From assembly GCA_964643325.1 (NCBI GenBank), contig CAZXSE010000002.1:8159-72158 (forward strand): DNA of 64,000 bases. The letters run 5' to 3'. The notes below the pieces were generated by a model. The model was given only the letters and a program-made list of their open reading frames with translations, was not told the origin of the DNA and did not search any database. The DNA comes from an uncultured Planctomycetales bacterium (GTDB lineage: Bacteria > Omnitrophota > Gorgyraeia > Zapsychrales > Fredricksoniimonadaceae). Made by a program: the position numbers and the translations under genes. Each line of letters opens with the position of its first letter. Position 1 is the first letter of the stretch. Of this stretch, positions 35,680 to 46,556 are shown one piece after another.

Positions 35680-36731
35680 TCCTCCAAGGCCCCGAAGACC
35701 TCATCCACTGTTAAGCTGTTCAAGCACGCGCCATGCCCGCACGCCGGCATGCGAAAACGGCGGTAACACGGCTGGCACGGCAATCCTTTGATCACGATCT
35801 TATGCCCGACGGACGGATAAGGCCCGTACACCGCGGGATCAACAGGCCCGAAGACAGATACGGTGCGCGCGCCCGACGCGACAGCGATATGCAGCGGGCC
35901 TCCGTCATTAACAAGAACGAAACGCGCACGCTGCATGAAGGCCGCTGCCTGCAAAAGGCTTGTCTGTCCGGCCAGCGTGATCACGCGCCCCTGATAGCGA
36001 CCGGCGACGCGCCCACACAGGCCCGCCTCGCTTTGATCCCCCATCAGTATAATGGGGTGCTTTGATCTTTCAATTATTTTCTCCACCAAATGCGCGTACT
36101 GCTCAACGGGCCAGCGTTTCAGCCGCGCGCCCTTGCCCCAGCTGGCCCCGCCGCCAGGACACACAACGATAAAAGACCGCTCTTCAAGCCCCTGCCCGGA
36201 CATGAATGCCGTTGCCCAGGCCTGGTCTTGCGCGGGAATGGAAAGCCGGATAACAGGGTCCGGGCCATCCTCCGCGACAGGCGCCGGCGCCAGGCCCAAG
36301 ATATATTCCGCCACATGACGGCCTTCGTATCCCTGAAAGGGCATCTTGTGCGTCAACCAGCGCCCGCGGCCCTTATAATCAAAACCGATGCGCCGGGGAA
36401 TACCAGCCAGCATGAGCGCGATCCCCACAGGAGAGCCCATGGACAGATCATACGCAACATCGAACTTCTCCCGGCGGATATCATCCGTGAACGCCCGCCA
36501 TTTCAGCAGGAACCGCCAGGGCGAGTGCCGGTAGACCGCCACGAACTCATCGCGCTCATAAGAAAAAACCTTGTCGATGCGGGGGTCATTCGCAAGCAAA
36601 GGCGCCGTCCTGGCATTGCCCACATAACTAAGAGATACATCCGCCCCGCCCGCTTTGAGCGCCGCGATCAAAGGGAATGTGAAAAGAACATCACCGATCC
36701 CGAAAGGATTGACGATAAGGGCCTTGGTCAT
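35670..36731 (-). CDS. GT9-family glycosyltransferase (ADP-heptose:LPS heptosyltransferase-like)
   Basis: KALIVNPFGIGDVLFTFPLIAALK N-terminus and C-terminal GNDGGPLHIA motifs characteristic of RfaC/RfaF/RfaQ. Confidence 0.8.
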   Translation of the reverse strand: MTKALIVNPFGIGDVLFTFPLIAALKAGGADVSLSYVGNARTAPLLANDPRIDKVFSYERDEFVAVYRHSPWRFLLKWRAFTDDIRREKFDVAYDLSMGSPVGIALMLAGIPRRIGFDYKGRGRWLTHKMPFQGYEGRHVAEYILGLAPAPVAEDGPDPVIRLSIPAQDQAWATAFMSGQGLEERSFIVVCPGGGASWGKGARLKRWPVEQYAHLVEKIIERSKHPIILMGDQSEAGLCGRVAGRYQGRVITLAGQTSLLQAAAFMQRARFVLVNDGGPLHIAVASGARTVSVFGPVDPAVYGPYPSVGHKIVIKGLPCQPCYRRFRMPACGHGACLNSLTVDEVFGALEEWL

Positions 36732-37873
36732 TTCAATACCGAACGGTAAACACCCAGGGTTTCCTGCGCCATGCGTTGCCACAAAAGCTCCCTCGCCCGC
36801 TCATACCCTTTCTCAACATAAAGCTCGCGCTCCACATCATTGCACAACAGGCGCCTGAGCGCCTGTGCCAGGGCCGGCGGATCATAAGGATCAATGATGA
36901 CCGCGGCCTCGCCGGCGATCTCGGGAACGCCGCCCCGGTCCGTGGCAATAACAGCGGTCCCCGAAGCGAACGCCTCGGCCATGGATTGCGGGAACCCTTC
37001 ATAGAACGAGGTTACGACCGCCGCCTGCGCGTTATCCAGGATGACCTGCAGCGTTTTTTCCGCCACGAATCCCGTTGTGATCACGCGCTCACGCAGCCCG
37101 AGGATCCCGATCTTGCGCTGCGCCCGGTCAAAGGCGCCCTGGGAATTGGCGATCGCTCCCGTGAAGACCAGCGCCACATCCTCGAGCGCGTCGCGGTGGA
37201 ACCGCGCGAACCCGTCGAGAACAAGATCAAGATTGCGGCGTTTATGGCTCAGGCCGCCCGGATTGATCACGTAACGGCGCCCCGCAAGACGGTACTTGCG
37301 CAGGATGCTCTCGGCCTCGGCAGCCGGGATCTCGTCCTCATGGACTTTGGATGCCCCGTAAGGCACTGCCAGCACTTTGTCAGGACGCACATGGCACAGC
37401 CGGATAATATCCTTGCGGCTGGCCTCGGCGCCCGTCATGACCTTCGCCGCCCGGTGCGCCCAGATAAAACTCCGCAATCTGTAACGCAAGGCCTTGCGCC
37501 AGAACTTGAACGCATTCAAGACCAGCGGCACCATGTCATGCGCCGTCACGATCACGGGGCATGAAAAACGGACCGGCGGCATATCAAGCCCCCCGGGCTG
37601 ATGAAGCAACTCGACCCCGTGCTCCTTCACCAGGCGGGGCAGGTATTTTGCAACCCATTGCCTGCGCTGTTCGCGCGGCAGGTCAGCGCACACCCGGCGG
37701 ACGCGCGGGTGCCGGATGAACCTGTCGTATTCCACGCAGATCTTCTCCGGCGACAACAACACGATCTGGATATCCCCATCGGCCGCAACAAGGCCCTCGA
37801 CAAGATGCGCCAGATAATTCGCGGCAGCCGAACGTTCCCGGGTCAAGCTCTCGGCGTCAAAAGCGATCCTCAT
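36728..37873 (-). CDS. GT4-family glycosyltransferase
   Basis: GT-B fold; FYEGFPQSMAEAFASGTAVI (E-x7-E) motif. Confidence 0.8.
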   Translation of the reverse strand: MRIAFDAESLTRERSAAANYLAHLVEGLVAADGDIQIVLLSPEKICVEYDRFIRHPRVRRVCADLPREQRRQWVAKYLPRLVKEHGVELLHQPGGLDMPPVRFSCPVIVTAHDMVPLVLNAFKFWRKALRYRLRSFIWAHRAAKVMTGAEASRKDIIRLCHVRPDKVLAVPYGASKVHEDEIPAAEAESILRKYRLAGRRYVINPGGLSHKRRNLDLVLDGFARFHRDALEDVALVFTGAIANSQGAFDRAQRKIGILGLRERVITTGFVAEKTLQVILDNAQAAVVTSFYEGFPQSMAEAFASGTAVIATDRGGVPEIAGEAAVIIDPYDPPALAQALRRLLCNDVERELYVEKGYERARELLWQRMAQETLGVYRSVLK

Positions 37874-37885
37874 AAATATATCCTT

Positions 37886-39112
37886 CTATGGCTTTTCCTG
37901 ATGAGCCCGGGCTTGTGCCAGGGCCGCCTGCAATACCGGGCTCTGCGCCAAATGATCCGCCACCAGCACATTGCCCCGCGCTGTCATATGACCATCCCAA
38001 TCAAAAAAATATTTATCCTTCGGCGCCCTTAAAAAGGCGTCGAGCGTGTTCACCCAGGGAATGCGGTTCGCGGCGCAAAAATCCCGCATCATGTCAAAAG
38101 GCAGCAGGTCGTCATAACGCCTGCCCTGCTCAAAACCCCAGGTCCGGCGCCCTTCTTTCCATTGGTCGCCGTCAACATAGGTCCCGTGCGGATACATCAC
38201 AATGACCAGCGGAATATTCTTCGCTGCCAGCAGGTCCCTTATCTTCAACAGATACCGTTCGGTCCGCGCCCAGTGCTCGCGGATCAGGCCTTCGCGCTCC
38301 CGGCCGCGCATGAACAAAAGCCCGTCATATTCAATAGCCGAACGCAGGGCTTTTTCATGGGCCGCGTTCGCGATGAGCGCCTTGGCCCTTTTACCCTCGC
38401 TGACCGCGCGCACATAATTCCCCAAGCCCAGCGCATTCATCTTACGGATACTGCGCACGACCTTGTTGTGAAAATACCGCGCCAGGGCGCTGTAATACGT
38501 TGCCGTGATCCACCAGTCCCGCCTGCCGTTGATGAACATAGGATCAAAGCGGTCGATCCTGCCCGAACGGTCATGCACGGCATGGCGTTCGGCGTACCAG
38601 TCATCCCACAGATCCGTCAGGTCAAAGAACAAAAGCACTGCGTCCGGCCCATGGGCCATATGGATGTGCTCGAGATTGCGATAATGCTGCAATGTTCCCG
38701 CGCCGCCCACGCCGGCGTTCACGACCTCGGCCGGAACGCCCGCGGCCTTCAGATCTTTCTCCAGCAGAGCGGGAATGGTCGCGTCATCCGCCGACCCCAC
38801 ACCGAACGTGAACGAATCCCCGACGGCAAAGATGCGCAGCACGCCCGCAGGCTTCGGGTCCGCCAGATCCTTCCCGCGGTAACCGTCACGATTGATGCGC
38901 GCCTGATAATCAAACTCGCCCGGCACGGATGAAACATTGTGCAGGACCGTGTCCGGCCTGAACAGGGACGCGGACTGCTGCTGCGTGATATGCGCCAAAG
39001 GATCAGGCTCGTGCCGCAGCACCCTGAACGCGATCTCGAGCACTGCCAGCGCCACAATAAGGACGCCGATCCAGACGATCAGCATCGTAAGTGCTTCTTT
39101 CAGGAACCTCAT
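37886..39112 (-). CDS. SGNH/GDSL-family hydrolase with N-terminal membrane anchor (possible glycan O-acetyl-esterase/acyltransferase accessory)
   Basis: GDSFTFG block I motif; N-terminal TM helix; 408 aa. Confidence 0.55.
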   Translation of the reverse strand: MRFLKEALTMLIVWIGVLIVALAVLEIAFRVLRHEPDPLAHITQQQSASLFRPDTVLHNVSSVPGEFDYQARINRDGYRGKDLADPKPAGVLRIFAVGDSFTFGVGSADDATIPALLEKDLKAAGVPAEVVNAGVGGAGTLQHYRNLEHIHMAHGPDAVLLFFDLTDLWDDWYAERHAVHDRSGRIDRFDPMFINGRRDWWITATYYSALARYFHNKVVRSIRKMNALGLGNYVRAVSEGKRAKALIANAAHEKALRSAIEYDGLLFMRGREREGLIREHWARTERYLLKIRDLLAAKNIPLVIVMYPHGTYVDGDQWKEGRRTWGFEQGRRYDDLLPFDMMRDFCAANRIPWVNTLDAFLRAPKDKYFFDWDGHMTARGNVLVADHLAQSPVLQAALAQARAHQEKP

Positions 39113-39113
39113 C

Positions 39114-39842
39114 TCATTGTCCTGTATTACGGGCCTTGATCAGGCACACACATTCCGTGCGCTCCCGCGAATGGACCTGTCCAGCCTGTGCCTCGGTAAC
39201 AGGCTTCCAGAAATTATTGACCGCTGCGGACGGACGGTCTGAAACAAAAAATTGCTTCTTGAGAACATCGAACCCCGTCACAAGCTTGCTCACGCGCGCG
39301 CTATCATAGACCCGCTGCAAAGGCCCCTGGAACGCAACGCCAAAAGGCACGGTCAACGCCAGCATCCCGCCGGGCTTAAGCACCCGGCGGACTTGCGCCA
39401 TGGCCTTGAAGTCTGCGCCCTGGTCATCCCGGGGATCATCATAATGCCCGATGCCAATATGCTCCATGGTCGATACACAGGTGCACGCGTCGAATGTCGC
39501 GTCCGCCATGGGAAGCGCCAGGATATCCGCCTGTTCAATGGAAACCCCGGGCACCTGATACGGATACGAACGAAAATCCACGCCGGTGACCTTCAATCCC
39601 ATCCCGGCCAGGTACATGGGCATGACGCTTTCCGCGCACCCCAGGTCAAGGACGCGCGCCTGCGACGGAAGGTCCGCGAGCTGGGCAAGCGCCGCGATCA
39701 CGAACGGGATCTCGACGATACGTTCATTGATAAAAGCCCACTTCACATATTCTTCCCGGCGCAGCGTCCGCCAGTTGAACTGCCGTTTCACTTTCAGGAA
39801 CACCGGATGATTGATGAAGAACGTGTCTTTTCTGAGCATCAT
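39114..39842 (-). CDS. Class I SAM-dependent methyltransferase
   Basis: Motif I VLDLGCAES; post-I acidic residue; motif II VLKPGGMLAL. Confidence 0.65.
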   Translation of the reverse strand: MMLRKDTFFINHPVFLKVKRQFNWRTLRREEYVKWAFINERIVEIPFVIAALAQLADLPSQARVLDLGCAESVMPMYLAGMGLKVTGVDFRSYPYQVPGVSIEQADILALPMADATFDACTCVSTMEHIGIGHYDDPRDDQGADFKAMAQVRRVLKPGGMLALTVPFGVAFQGPLQRVYDSARVSKLVTGFDVLKKQFFVSDRPSAAVNNFWKPVTEAQAGQVHSRERTECVCLIKARNTGQ

Positions 39843-39843
39843 G

Positions 39844-40773
39844 TCAACCTCTCTGCCGCCACCAGGCGATCATGTCGTCCAAAGACCTTTCCAGGCCGTA
39901 CGCGGGCGCAAAACCGAGCGCCCGGAGTTTTGCATTGTCGCCGATGATCACGGGGTTGTCGATCGGCCGAATGAGCGCGGGATCAACAACGATCTCCGGC
40001 AAAACGCCCGCCTTACGGCATACCAGCCCCAGTATCTCGCGCAAGGCAACGCCGCGGCCGCTGCAAACATTGTAGATCTCCCCGGAGGCGCCTTTGTCCA
40101 GGATGCATTCATACGCGGCAATAACATCGCGCACATCGATGAAGTCCCGGACCACATCAAGGTCCCCGCAGACGATCTTCCCGGGCGTTCCCCGCGCAAT
40201 GGCAACAACCTGACGCACGAAAGAACTGACGACAAAGCGTTCACTCTGGCCCGGCCCCACATGATTGAATGAACGCGTGCAGACGATATCCATCCCGTAC
40301 CCGCGCGTAAAAACACGCGAAAGGTCTTCCTGGGCCACGCGCGCGACCGCGTAAGGGTTCATGGGATAAGCCGGACGGCCCTCCCGCAGCGGGATGTCCG
40401 CCGCGGCCACCGGCCCATATTCCTCCGACGAACCGACGGAAAGGACGCGCGCCTTCAGGCCGGACTCGCGCAATGCCTCGATCACATTGAGGAAGATGTT
40501 CGTATTATTCACGAAACAATCGACGGGCCGCTGCCAGCTGAGCGCCACCGAGCTCGCCGATGCCAGATGAACAACGCGTTCGGGGCGGAACCCTTCGATC
40601 AGGCCGCTGATGGCCGCGCGGTCCATGAGAGAAACCTGATGGAACACAGCACCCGGCAACTTTTCCGGCGGCAGAACAGCGTCAACGCCCGCGATCTCAT
40701 GCCCCTCTGCCGTCAGGCGCCCAATCAGGTGCGCTCCCACAAATCCCGCGGCTCCTGTCACAAGATATCTCAT
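39844..40773 (-). CDS. NAD-dependent epimerase/dehydratase (SDR, GDP-sugar epimerase/reductase-like)
   Basis: GAAGFVGAHL Rossmann motif; YAVAR (YxxxK-like) catalytic region; 309 aa. Confidence 0.8.
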   Translation of the reverse strand: MRYLVTGAAGFVGAHLIGRLTAEGHEIAGVDAVLPPEKLPGAVFHQVSLMDRAAISGLIEGFRPERVVHLASASSVALSWQRPVDCFVNNTNIFLNVIEALRESGLKARVLSVGSSEEYGPVAAADIPLREGRPAYPMNPYAVARVAQEDLSRVFTRGYGMDIVCTRSFNHVGPGQSERFVVSSFVRQVVAIARGTPGKIVCGDLDVVRDFIDVRDVIAAYECILDKGASGEIYNVCSGRGVALREILGLVCRKAGVLPEIVVDPALIRPIDNPVIIGDNAKLRALGFAPAYGLERSLDDMIAWWRQRG

Positions 40774-41894
40774 ATGCTCCCGCCCTCATGCGCCACTTCC
40801 TGATAGACCTTCAGCGTCGCCGCGGCCGTGCCCTGCAAGAAAAAGTCACGCGCCCGCCGCAGCCCCTGTTCACGAAGCTCCTGTTGATAGGCGGGATCGT
40901 TAACGATCCGCGCCATAGCGCCCGCGATCGCCTCAATGGACGCCGGCGGCACGATCGCGGCATGACCCGCAGCGATCTCCACCAGCGACGAAACATTGGA
41001 CGTCACCACCGGCGCGCCGCAGGCGAATGCCTCAACGACCGGATATCCGAACCCTTCATAGAACGACGGCATCACGAACGCCTCGGCACAATTATAAAGG
41101 GCCCGCAGCATTTCGTCCGTCAAATACCCAAGGAACACCACGCTACCTTTTAAGCCCAGATCCTCCACGCGCTTGAGGATCCCCTCCATCATCCAACCCT
41201 TCATCCCGGCAATGACCAAAACGCCGCTGAACTGGCGGCTATCGCGAAGTTGCGCAAAAGCAAGCAGGATATGATCAAGGTTCTTGCGCGGCTCGATCGT
41301 GCCCACGAACAGCAAAAAAGGCGCCTCAACGCCAACACTCCTGATCTGCGCCCTGGCGACAGCGATCTCCTGGGCTCCAAGCCGGTAGAACAGGTCCGGA
41401 TCGATCCCATTATGAACAACACACGTTCTTTCGCGCGGCAGGTCATAATAACGGTGCAGATCCTCTCTGGTGCTGTGCGAGATGCAGATGATCCGCCTGG
41501 CCCGTGCGACAATATCCTGAAAGCACGATTCCGACAGGACCCGGGCGCTCTCGGTCTGCGTTTCAGGACATACCCGATGAACAAGATCATTGACCGTTAC
41601 CACAACATTGTCCTGGCGGGTATCGATCATGCCCGGATGCGGCAGATGATACACATCCACACGGCCCGCGATCCGGTCCGGCCCGAGGCCAAAATGATCC
41701 ACCGTCACGGCAAAATTCCTGCCCGGCGCCACAGGCAGGCGCCGTTTGCGATCGAACAAATTCTTACGGCAATAAAGAATGAACCGGTCCTGCGCGTTGA
41801 TGCGGGCCAGGTGCGCCACCAGCGTGCGCGCGTACCGGCCGATGCCCGTCGTCTGAAGTGCTAAGAATGAGCGGCAGTTGATCGCGATCTTCAT
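40770..41894 (-). CDS. GT4-family glycosyltransferase
   Basis: FYEGFGYPVVEAFACGAPVV (E-x7-E) motif. Confidence 0.8.
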   Translation of the reverse strand: MKIAINCRSFLALQTTGIGRYARTLVAHLARINAQDRFILYCRKNLFDRKRRLPVAPGRNFAVTVDHFGLGPDRIAGRVDVYHLPHPGMIDTRQDNVVVTVNDLVHRVCPETQTESARVLSESCFQDIVARARRIICISHSTREDLHRYYDLPRERTCVVHNGIDPDLFYRLGAQEIAVARAQIRSVGVEAPFLLFVGTIEPRKNLDHILLAFAQLRDSRQFSGVLVIAGMKGWMMEGILKRVEDLGLKGSVVFLGYLTDEMLRALYNCAEAFVMPSFYEGFGYPVVEAFACGAPVVTSNVSSLVEIAAGHAAIVPPASIEAIAGAMARIVNDPAYQQELREQGLRRARDFFLQGTAAATLKVYQEVAHEGGSI

Positions 41895-43669
41895 TGATTG
41901 AAATGGTAGCTCGCCAGGCGGGCGTAAAGTTCGGATGTCCGCATCAGGTCGTCATGCCCGCCCTTCTGAACGATCCGGCCCTGGTCCATCACCAGGATGC
42001 ACGCGGCATGGCGGATCGTCGAGAGCCGGTGTGCGATCACAATGACCGTGCGGTCCTTCATCAGGTTCTCCAGCGCCTGCTGGACAAAATATTCCGATTC
42101 CGCGTCGAGGGCCGAGGTCGCCTCGTCAAGAAGCAGGATCCTCGGGTTCTTGAGGATCGCTCGGGCAATGCACAGCCGCTGCTTTTGCCCGCCGGAGAGC
42201 TTGAAGCCCCTGTCCCCGATAATCGTATCAAGCCCGTTGGGCATGCGTTCGATGAACTCCCACGCGAGCGCCTGACGCGCGGCGTCGAAGATCTCCTCGT
42301 CCGTGGCGTCAAGCTTGCCATAACGCAAGTTCTCCCTGATGGTCTCATTGAACAGGACCATGTCCTGGGTAACAAGCCCGACATTGCTGCGCAGGGAGTT
42401 GACCGTGACCTGCTTGATATCCTGATCGTCAAAAAGAATGACCCCTTTGTCCGGATCATAGAAACGCAGGATCATGTTCATGATGGTCGTCTTGCCGCAA
42501 CCCGTCGGGCCGACGAGCGCGGTCGTCTTGCCGATCTCAAAATCATGCGTGAAGTTCTTGATGATCCAGCGCTCCTCGTGCTTCTCGTACCTGAAAGAAA
42601 CATCGTAGAAACGGATGCAGCGTTCGGGCGTGCTGCACAGGACCGCAGCCGGAACATCAACGATCATGGGCTTCCAGTCAAGGATGTCGTAGATCCTCTT
42701 GGTCGCTGCCAGCGCCTGCTGGTTGATGCCGTACACAGCGGTCAGCTTCTTGATGGGGCGCAGGATGCTGATCAGTGATGTCAAAAAGAGCGCGAACACG
42801 CCGAACGACATCTTCCCCGCCAGGACCGATTGCCCGCCGATCCACAGAACGACCACCACGGCCACAGCGGCCAGCGCTTCGCTGACAGGCGTCAACAACA
42901 GATTGCGCCGGATCCCCTTGATGATGGCCTTGTAATAATGCCTGTTGGTAACATCAAAACGCTGGATCTCGTGGTCTTCGCGCGAGAACGCCTTGACGAT
43001 GGCCACGCCCTGGTTCGTTTCCGCGAGGATCGAGTTCAGGTCCGCCATGTATTCCTGCGAATAGATGGACTGCTTCTTGATGGTCTTGCCGATGGTATAG
43101 ATCAAAAGTCCGTTGAGCGGGAACACAATAAGGACCAGGAGGACCATCTGCCAGCTGATCATGAAAGCGACGAAGGCGAACATGACCGCCAGGAAAGACT
43201 GGTACACCATGTCGGTCATGCCGTAGGAGATCGCATTGCTGATATAGCTAACGTCGTTGGTGATGCGCGACATCAGCTCGCCCTGGCGTTTCTGGCTGTA
43301 GAAATCAAGCGAGAGCTGCTGGTATTTCCTGAAAAGATCGCCCCTGACATCCTTGACGGAACGCTGGGCCACCTCGTTCATGAAATATCCCTGGGCGTAG
43401 AAAAAGATACCCTTGAGAATAAAGAAAATAGGGATGAAAAAAAGAATGGCGTGAAAGATCTGGATCCGGTCAATGGCATTAAGCCGGTCCGTCCACTCGA
43501 CGACCAGAGGCGGCAGCCCCGACGGGATAATGATCGGTTTGTTGGTGAAGATACGGTCGGCCAAAGGCACGATCAACCCGAACTGCACGCCCTCAAAGAC
43601 CGTGGACACTGCCATGCACAGAACACCGCCCCCGAGAAAATGGACGTTGCGGCGCATGAAACTGATCAT
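41891..43669 (-). CDS. msbA: Lipid A export ABC transporter, fused permease/ATPase (MsbA-like)
   Basis: Six-TM exporter domain plus NBD with Walker A GPTGCGKTT, signature LSGGQKQR, Walker B LLLDEATSALD. Confidence 0.85.
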   Translation of the reverse strand: MISFMRRNVHFLGGGVLCMAVSTVFEGVQFGLIVPLADRIFTNKPIIIPSGLPPLVVEWTDRLNAIDRIQIFHAILFFIPIFFILKGIFFYAQGYFMNEVAQRSVKDVRGDLFRKYQQLSLDFYSQKRQGELMSRITNDVSYISNAISYGMTDMVYQSFLAVMFAFVAFMISWQMVLLVLIVFPLNGLLIYTIGKTIKKQSIYSQEYMADLNSILAETNQGVAIVKAFSREDHEIQRFDVTNRHYYKAIIKGIRRNLLLTPVSEALAAVAVVVVLWIGGQSVLAGKMSFGVFALFLTSLISILRPIKKLTAVYGINQQALAATKRIYDILDWKPMIVDVPAAVLCSTPERCIRFYDVSFRYEKHEERWIIKNFTHDFEIGKTTALVGPTGCGKTTIMNMILRFYDPDKGVILFDDQDIKQVTVNSLRSNVGLVTQDMVLFNETIRENLRYGKLDATDEEIFDAARQALAWEFIERMPNGLDTIIGDRGFKLSGGQKQRLCIARAILKNPRILLLDEATSALDAESEYFVQQALENLMKDRTVIVIAHRLSTIRHAACILVMDQGRIVQKGGHDDLMRTSELYARLASYHFNQ

Positions 43670-43682
43670 CCGGAGATATTCT

Positions 43683-44873
43683 TTAATAAGACACCCCTTT
43701 TGCTGTGAGGAACATCTCCACGACCTTCACGACATGGTCCAGTTCAGCCGGCCCGATGTCCTGATGGATGCCGATATGCGTGCCATGATCGCTGCAATAC
43801 TCAGCCTCGGGGAACTCCCCGAGCTTGTATCCCAGGAACGCGTAGCTCGGGCACTGCGTGGGCATGGAATAAAAAAGGCCCCGTGAGTCCACGCCGCGGG
43901 CATCGAGATGGGCAACGAACATATCCCGCGTAAAGCCCGCGTTCTCCCGAACAATGATCGAAAAGGCATGCGGCCCGAGTTTTTCGAAGGGCTCCTGGGA
44001 AAGCGTCAGGAAAACCTTGTCAAAGCGGCGGAACTTCTCAATAAGATACATCATGTTCCTGCGGCGCCGGAATAATATATCGTTGAATATATCGATATTA
44101 CCAAGGCCCACGGCCGCTTCAAGTTCGTTCATTTTAGCGGAAAATCCGACGCGCTCAAAGGTAAATTTTCCGACCATGCCATGATTGCGCAACGAGCGCA
44201 GGATATCCGCGGTCCGCGCGCAATCGGTCAGGATCATGCCGCCCTCAATGGTGGTCACGATATGCGCCGCGTAAAGGCTGAAACACGCCATATCCCCCAT
44301 GGCGCCCACTTTTTCGCCGCGGTACTCGGCCCCGTGCGCCTCGGCCGCATCCTCAATGACCTTCAACCCGTGCTTGCGGGCGATCGCCCGTATCGGGTCC
44401 ATGTCCGCGGGCTTGCCCATCAAATGCACAGGCATGATCGCGCGCGTGCGGGGCGTGATCCGCGCTTCTATCTTCGACGGGTCGATGTTGAGCGTTTCGC
44501 GACACACATCCACGAACACCGGCGTCAAGCCCGCCTGCAGGATGGCATTGCCCGTCCCGATAAAAGAGAGCGCGGGCACAATGACCTCATCGCCACGCTG
44601 CGCGCCAAAATCATACAATGCGGCGCAGGCGATCGCATCGGCATCCGTACCGCTGGAGACCGCGACGCCGTGTTTCACGCCAAAAAGCGCCGCGAACTTT
44701 TCTTCAAATTCCTTAACGTATTTTCCCTTGGTCACCCAGCCGCTGTCGAGCGCTTCATTAATGAGCGCACGGGCTTTGGATGTAATGGACATGGCCCCGA
44801 ACGGGACCTTGTAACGGGCTTTGCTGGCCTCCTGACCTTCCGGGACCTTCATCGGATCATCCGAGCATTTCAT
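43683..44873 (-). CDS. DegT/DnrJ/EryC1/StrS-family PLP-dependent sugar aminotransferase (second copy)
   Basis: Aminotransferase fold with Lys in FSAKMNE / SLYAAHIVTT region; 396 aa. Confidence 0.85.
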   Translation of the reverse strand: MKCSDDPMKVPEGQEASKARYKVPFGAMSITSKARALINEALDSGWVTKGKYVKEFEEKFAALFGVKHGVAVSSGTDADAIACAALYDFGAQRGDEVIVPALSFIGTGNAILQAGLTPVFVDVCRETLNIDPSKIEARITPRTRAIMPVHLMGKPADMDPIRAIARKHGLKVIEDAAEAHGAEYRGEKVGAMGDMACFSLYAAHIVTTIEGGMILTDCARTADILRSLRNHGMVGKFTFERVGFSAKMNELEAAVGLGNIDIFNDILFRRRRNMMYLIEKFRRFDKVFLTLSQEPFEKLGPHAFSIIVRENAGFTRDMFVAHLDARGVDSRGLFYSMPTQCPSYAFLGYKLGEFPEAEYCSDHGTHIGIHQDIGPAELDHVVKVVEMFLTAKGVSY

Positions 44874-45561
44874 TCAAATGCTCCTTTGCCCACTCAAAAC
44901 GTTCCGGCGTGCCGATATCAATGAAAGGTGCGGTGACCTTATGCCCGTAAAACCCGCGGCCGATCATCTTCGGAAAGAAATCATACTCGATGGAGAACTT
45001 CCCCTCCGGCATCAGGCCGAACACATCCCGATTGAAACAGTAAATGCCCGCGCTGATATACTGGACCTGGTCCGTGACGAATTTCTCCTTGAACGCCGTG
45101 ATCTCATCCTTTGCATTGATCACCAGGGTCCCGAAATCCTTATTACCTTCGATGCGCACGCCGACAAGCGTCGCAGCCGCGCTCTTTTGCTGATGGAACG
45201 CCAACAGCGCCTTGTAATCCACAGGCGTGAAACAGTCGCCGTTAAGCCCAAAAACATATTTACTGCTAACGAGCGCCTGCGCGTTCTTAAGCGCCCCGCC
45301 GGTACCAAGCGGCTCTTTCTCAACCGACAGGATCAGGTCGATCTGACTGAACTTGGCCTTGTAATACGCTGCGATCTCCTGCGCCTTATAACCCGCGCAC
45401 AAAATAACCCGTCGGGCGCCCTGCTTGATCAGGTACCGCAACAAGAAATCAAGGAACGGCCCGCCCTGAACCGATGCCATGACCTTGGGCGCATCGCCCG
45501 TCACGGCGCGCAGCCGCGTTCCCAATCCTCCGCACAATATCAGGAAATCCGCATCCATCAC
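44857..45561 (-). CDS. hddC: Sugar-1-phosphate nucleotidyltransferase (heptose-1-phosphate guanylyltransferase HddC-like)
   Basis: LILCGGLGTRL N-terminal nucleotide-binding motif. Immediately downstream of a GHMP kinase, as in hddA-hddC pairs. Confidence 0.65.
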   Translation of the reverse strand: MMDADFLILCGGLGTRLRAVTGDAPKVMASVQGGPFLDFLLRYLIKQGARRVILCAGYKAQEIAAYYKAKFSQIDLILSVEKEPLGTGGALKNAQALVSSKYVFGLNGDCFTPVDYKALLAFHQQKSAAATLVGVRIEGNKDFGTLVINAKDEITAFKEKFVTDQVQYISAGIYCFNRDVFGLMPEGKFSIEYDFFPKMIGRGFYGHKVTAPFIDIGTPERFEWAKEHLNEMLG

Positions 45562-46556
45562 GCCACCACTCCCGAATTCGGTTGATAAAAGATGATCTGA
45601 CTGCCCTGTGTCTCGAACCTGAACGGGATCTCAAGAAGCCCGCCAAGGGCCTGGCGCACCGCAGCCTTCTTGTCGGGCTCAGCATACACCAGCACAAAAC
45701 CGCCGCCACCCGCGCCGAGCAATTTGCCGCCCAAAGCCCCCGCCTTCAGGGCCTTCTCATAAATACCATCGATCGCATCTGTCGTTATCTTGTCGGAAAG
45801 CGTGCGCTTATACTGCCAGCTCTCGCCAAGCAAAAGCCCGAATCGCTTGAAGTCCCGGCGCCCGAGGCACGCAATGGCCTCTCCGACCATCTCGTGCATG
45901 GCCGTCAATTCCCTGGTCCGTTGCGGGATATTATCAAGCTGATGGGCCGCGATCTGTGACGCCGTGCGCGAAAACCCCGTGAAAAAAAGCATCATGTGCT
46001 CCTGCAATAGCGCCAAATCCTGCGGCATGATCGCGACGGGGCGCACGTTCACATGCGCGTGCGGCCCGAATTCAATGTGATTGAACCCGCCGTACGCGGC
46101 CAGCACCTGGTCCTGACTGCCCACGTTCTCTTTGATCATCTCCTGCTCGATACGGATCGCCTCCCGGGCCAGGCGCTCCTTCTGCGGCATAACACCCTTA
46201 AGGGCGTACAGCGCGTTCAAAAGCCCGACGGTAAAAGCCGAGCTCGATCCCAAGCCCGTGCGCGCCGGCAGGTCGCCGTCATGATGGATCTCGACCCCCT
46301 GATGGATATCCAGGAACCGGAGCACCTCACGCACTGACGGATGATCGATCTCCTCGATCTTCTGCACATGTTCCATCCTGGAATAAATAATGCGCGAACG
46401 GTGCTCAAAGAACGGCGGCAGGTACCGTGCCGTGATATAACAATATTTATCGATCGTGGTCGCCAGAACAGCGCCCGGCCGGTCCTTGAACCAGGCCGGA
46501 TAATCCGTCCCGCCGCCGAAGAACGAGATGCGAAAAGGAGTGCGGCTGATGATCAT
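45558..46556 (-). CDS. hddA: GHMP-family sugar kinase (D-glycero-D-manno-heptose 7-phosphate kinase HddA-like)
   Basis: GHMP ATP-binding motif PARTGLGSSSA; 332 aa. Confidence 0.7.
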   Translation of the reverse strand: MIISRTPFRISFFGGGTDYPAWFKDRPGAVLATTIDKYCYITARYLPPFFEHRSRIIYSRMEHVQKIEEIDHPSVREVLRFLDIHQGVEIHHDGDLPARTGLGSSSAFTVGLLNALYALKGVMPQKERLAREAIRIEQEMIKENVGSQDQVLAAYGGFNHIEFGPHAHVNVRPVAIMPQDLALLQEHMMLFFTGFSRTASQIAAHQLDNIPQRTRELTAMHEMVGEAIACLGRRDFKRFGLLLGESWQYKRTLSDKITTDAIDGIYEKALKAGALGGKLLGAGGGGFVLVYAEPDKKAAVRQALGGLLEIPFRFETQGSQIIFYQPNSGVVA